Part shown: positions 62,579-64,000 of the stretch, in pieces
How the letters are laid out: every line of letters starts with the position of its first letter
Position numbering within the stretch: the stretch's first letter is position 1
Assembly: GCF_964204645.1 (NCBI RefSeq)
Contig: NC_134029.1
Span: forward strand, 12,364,850 to 12,428,849
Direction: 5' to 3'
DNA from: Tubulanus polymorphus
Taxonomy: Eukaryota; Animalia; Nemertea
Length of the DNA: 64,000 bases
Translations under genes and position numbers: made by a program
The notes under the pieces: generated by a model
Databases searched by the model: none
What the model was told of the DNA's origin: nothing
Seen by the model: only the letters and a program-made list of their open reading frames with translations

Positions 62579-62957
62579 ATACCTGCAAAGCAGCGATAAC
62601 AGGTTTTCTGCACAGTCTTAGAATCCTGTTCAACGGTGGATTTCGACATAGCATTTGATAATGCACAACATCAGCCATTACTAACTAAACAGGCTATTAG
62701 GAAACAGTATCAATGACAGGTCGCCCAAATGGCTCAGCAGTTATCTCTGAACGAAAACTTGTAGCCGAAATCAACGGAACGCCTCATTTTGGAATGAGTC
62801 GGTCTAACGCAAGGTAGTATCCTAAGTCGTCTTCTGTTCAATGTCCTGACAAATGACATACACAGTAATCCAAAATATACCAGACCGAGTAAATTTCCAA
62901 AACGACCTTAACACACTGTTCGACCAAAAAACTTAATGTTCCGACAAAACCACGGGG

Positions 62958-63245
62958 ACAAAACCAAAATTATGAATTGTCGCGGGTGACAAAACCAAAA
63001 TATTGAATTGTCACGGGCGACAAAACAAAAATAATGAATTGTCGCGGGCGATAAAACCAAAATAATGAATTGTAGCGGGCGATAAAACCACAATAATGAA
63101 TTGTCGCGGACGTTAAAACCAAAATATTGAATTGTCGCGGCGATAAAACCAAAATAATGAATTGTCGCGGACGACAAAAACAAAATATTGAATTGTTGCG
63201 TGCGACAAAACCAGAATAATGAATTGTCGCGGGAGACAAAACCAA
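62958..63245. repeat. ~31-bp minisatellite (~9 units), probably a DNA-transposon subterminal array
   Basis: Unit AAAACCAAAATAATGAATTGTCGCGGGCGA(C/T). Confidence 0.85.
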
Positions 63246-64000
63246 ACTAGGGGTCCAGGGACACCATGCTCACTTGGGAAGTGGTTTCAAATGCTCTACA
63301 ATCTAACAATTCCAATACTTAACGCCCTCTAGTGACCATATACAAAAACCAATGACCTTGAAACCCACCACAATCATAGAACATGTGAGCAGCTATGATT
63401 TTGTAATTGATTGTGATAACAAAATATGCCTCGTTACCAATTTAATATGGAAATACTAAGTTATTCTACTATTCAACGCCCCCTGGTGACCATATGCAAA
63501 ACCCAATGGCCTTAAAACTCACCACAATCGTAGTACATGTCATGAAATACAACTTTGCAATTGATCATAGTAACAAAATATGCCTAGGTACCAATCTAAT
63601 AAGGAAATACTAAGCCATTCTACTATTCAACGCCCCCTGGTGACTATATGGAATAACTAATGTCCTTAAAAACTCACCACAATCATAGACGATGTCATGA
63701 TCTACAACTTTGCAATGGATCATGGTAACAAACTATGCCTAGGTACCAATCTAATAAGGAAAAACTAAGCTTTTCTACTATTCAACGCCCCGTGGTGACT
63801 ATATGGAATAACTAATGTCCTTGAAAACTCACCACAATCATAGACGATGTCATGAACTACAACTTTGCAATGGATCATGGTAACAAAATATGCCTTGGTA
63901 CAAATATAATATAGCAATACTAAGTTATTGTATAATTCAACGCCCCCTGATGGCCACATGCTAAAACTAATGACCTTGAAACTCACTAAAATCATAGAAC
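63246..64000 (+). repeat. HINE/Helentron-like element with ~155-bp tandem units, running off the window
   Basis: Same 5' end and unit as 22995-23961. Confidence 0.75.

Noticed and set aside
62958-63245. ~31-bp repeats as a CRISPR array (also considered for 59040-59460)
   Set aside because: The units are contiguous with no unique spacers, there are no cas genes, and the context is eukaryotic.

Overview
Animal genomic DNA with spliceosomal introns, probably a marine invertebrate (inferred from the repeat and Maverick families). Left half (1-37 kb): the first four coding exons of a ubiquitin-conjugating enzyme E2Q gene (minus strand). Its introns and upstream flank hold transposons: an Academ element with a nested L2 LINE, an RTEX-like LINE, a BEL remnant, MITEs and Helentron-like repeats. 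Right half (37.3-62.6 kb): two related, very AT-rich Maverick/Polinton (adintovirus-like) endogenous viruses, one nested in the other. The inner copy (40162-61310, 6-bp TSD TCAATA, ~209-bp TIRs) carries pPolB, penton, major capsid, packaging ATPase, integrase-chromodomain, an HNH nuclease and several membrane proteins. It was later hit by a BEL LTR element, a MULE-like MITE and a host repeat. Two signals stand out. (1) Almost every viral gene starts in a TAAATG initiator, preceded either by a T-run at fixed spacing or by a conserved A-rich 20-mer. This resembles poxvirus late and intermediate promoters, and an early-promoter-like motif sits in the TIRs. (2) Each TIR is itself a long fold-back hairpin. 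Together they suggest, by inference only, a virophage-like Maverick transcribed by a cytoplasmic pox-like helper virus. All calls come from reading the sequence; no searches or alignments were run.
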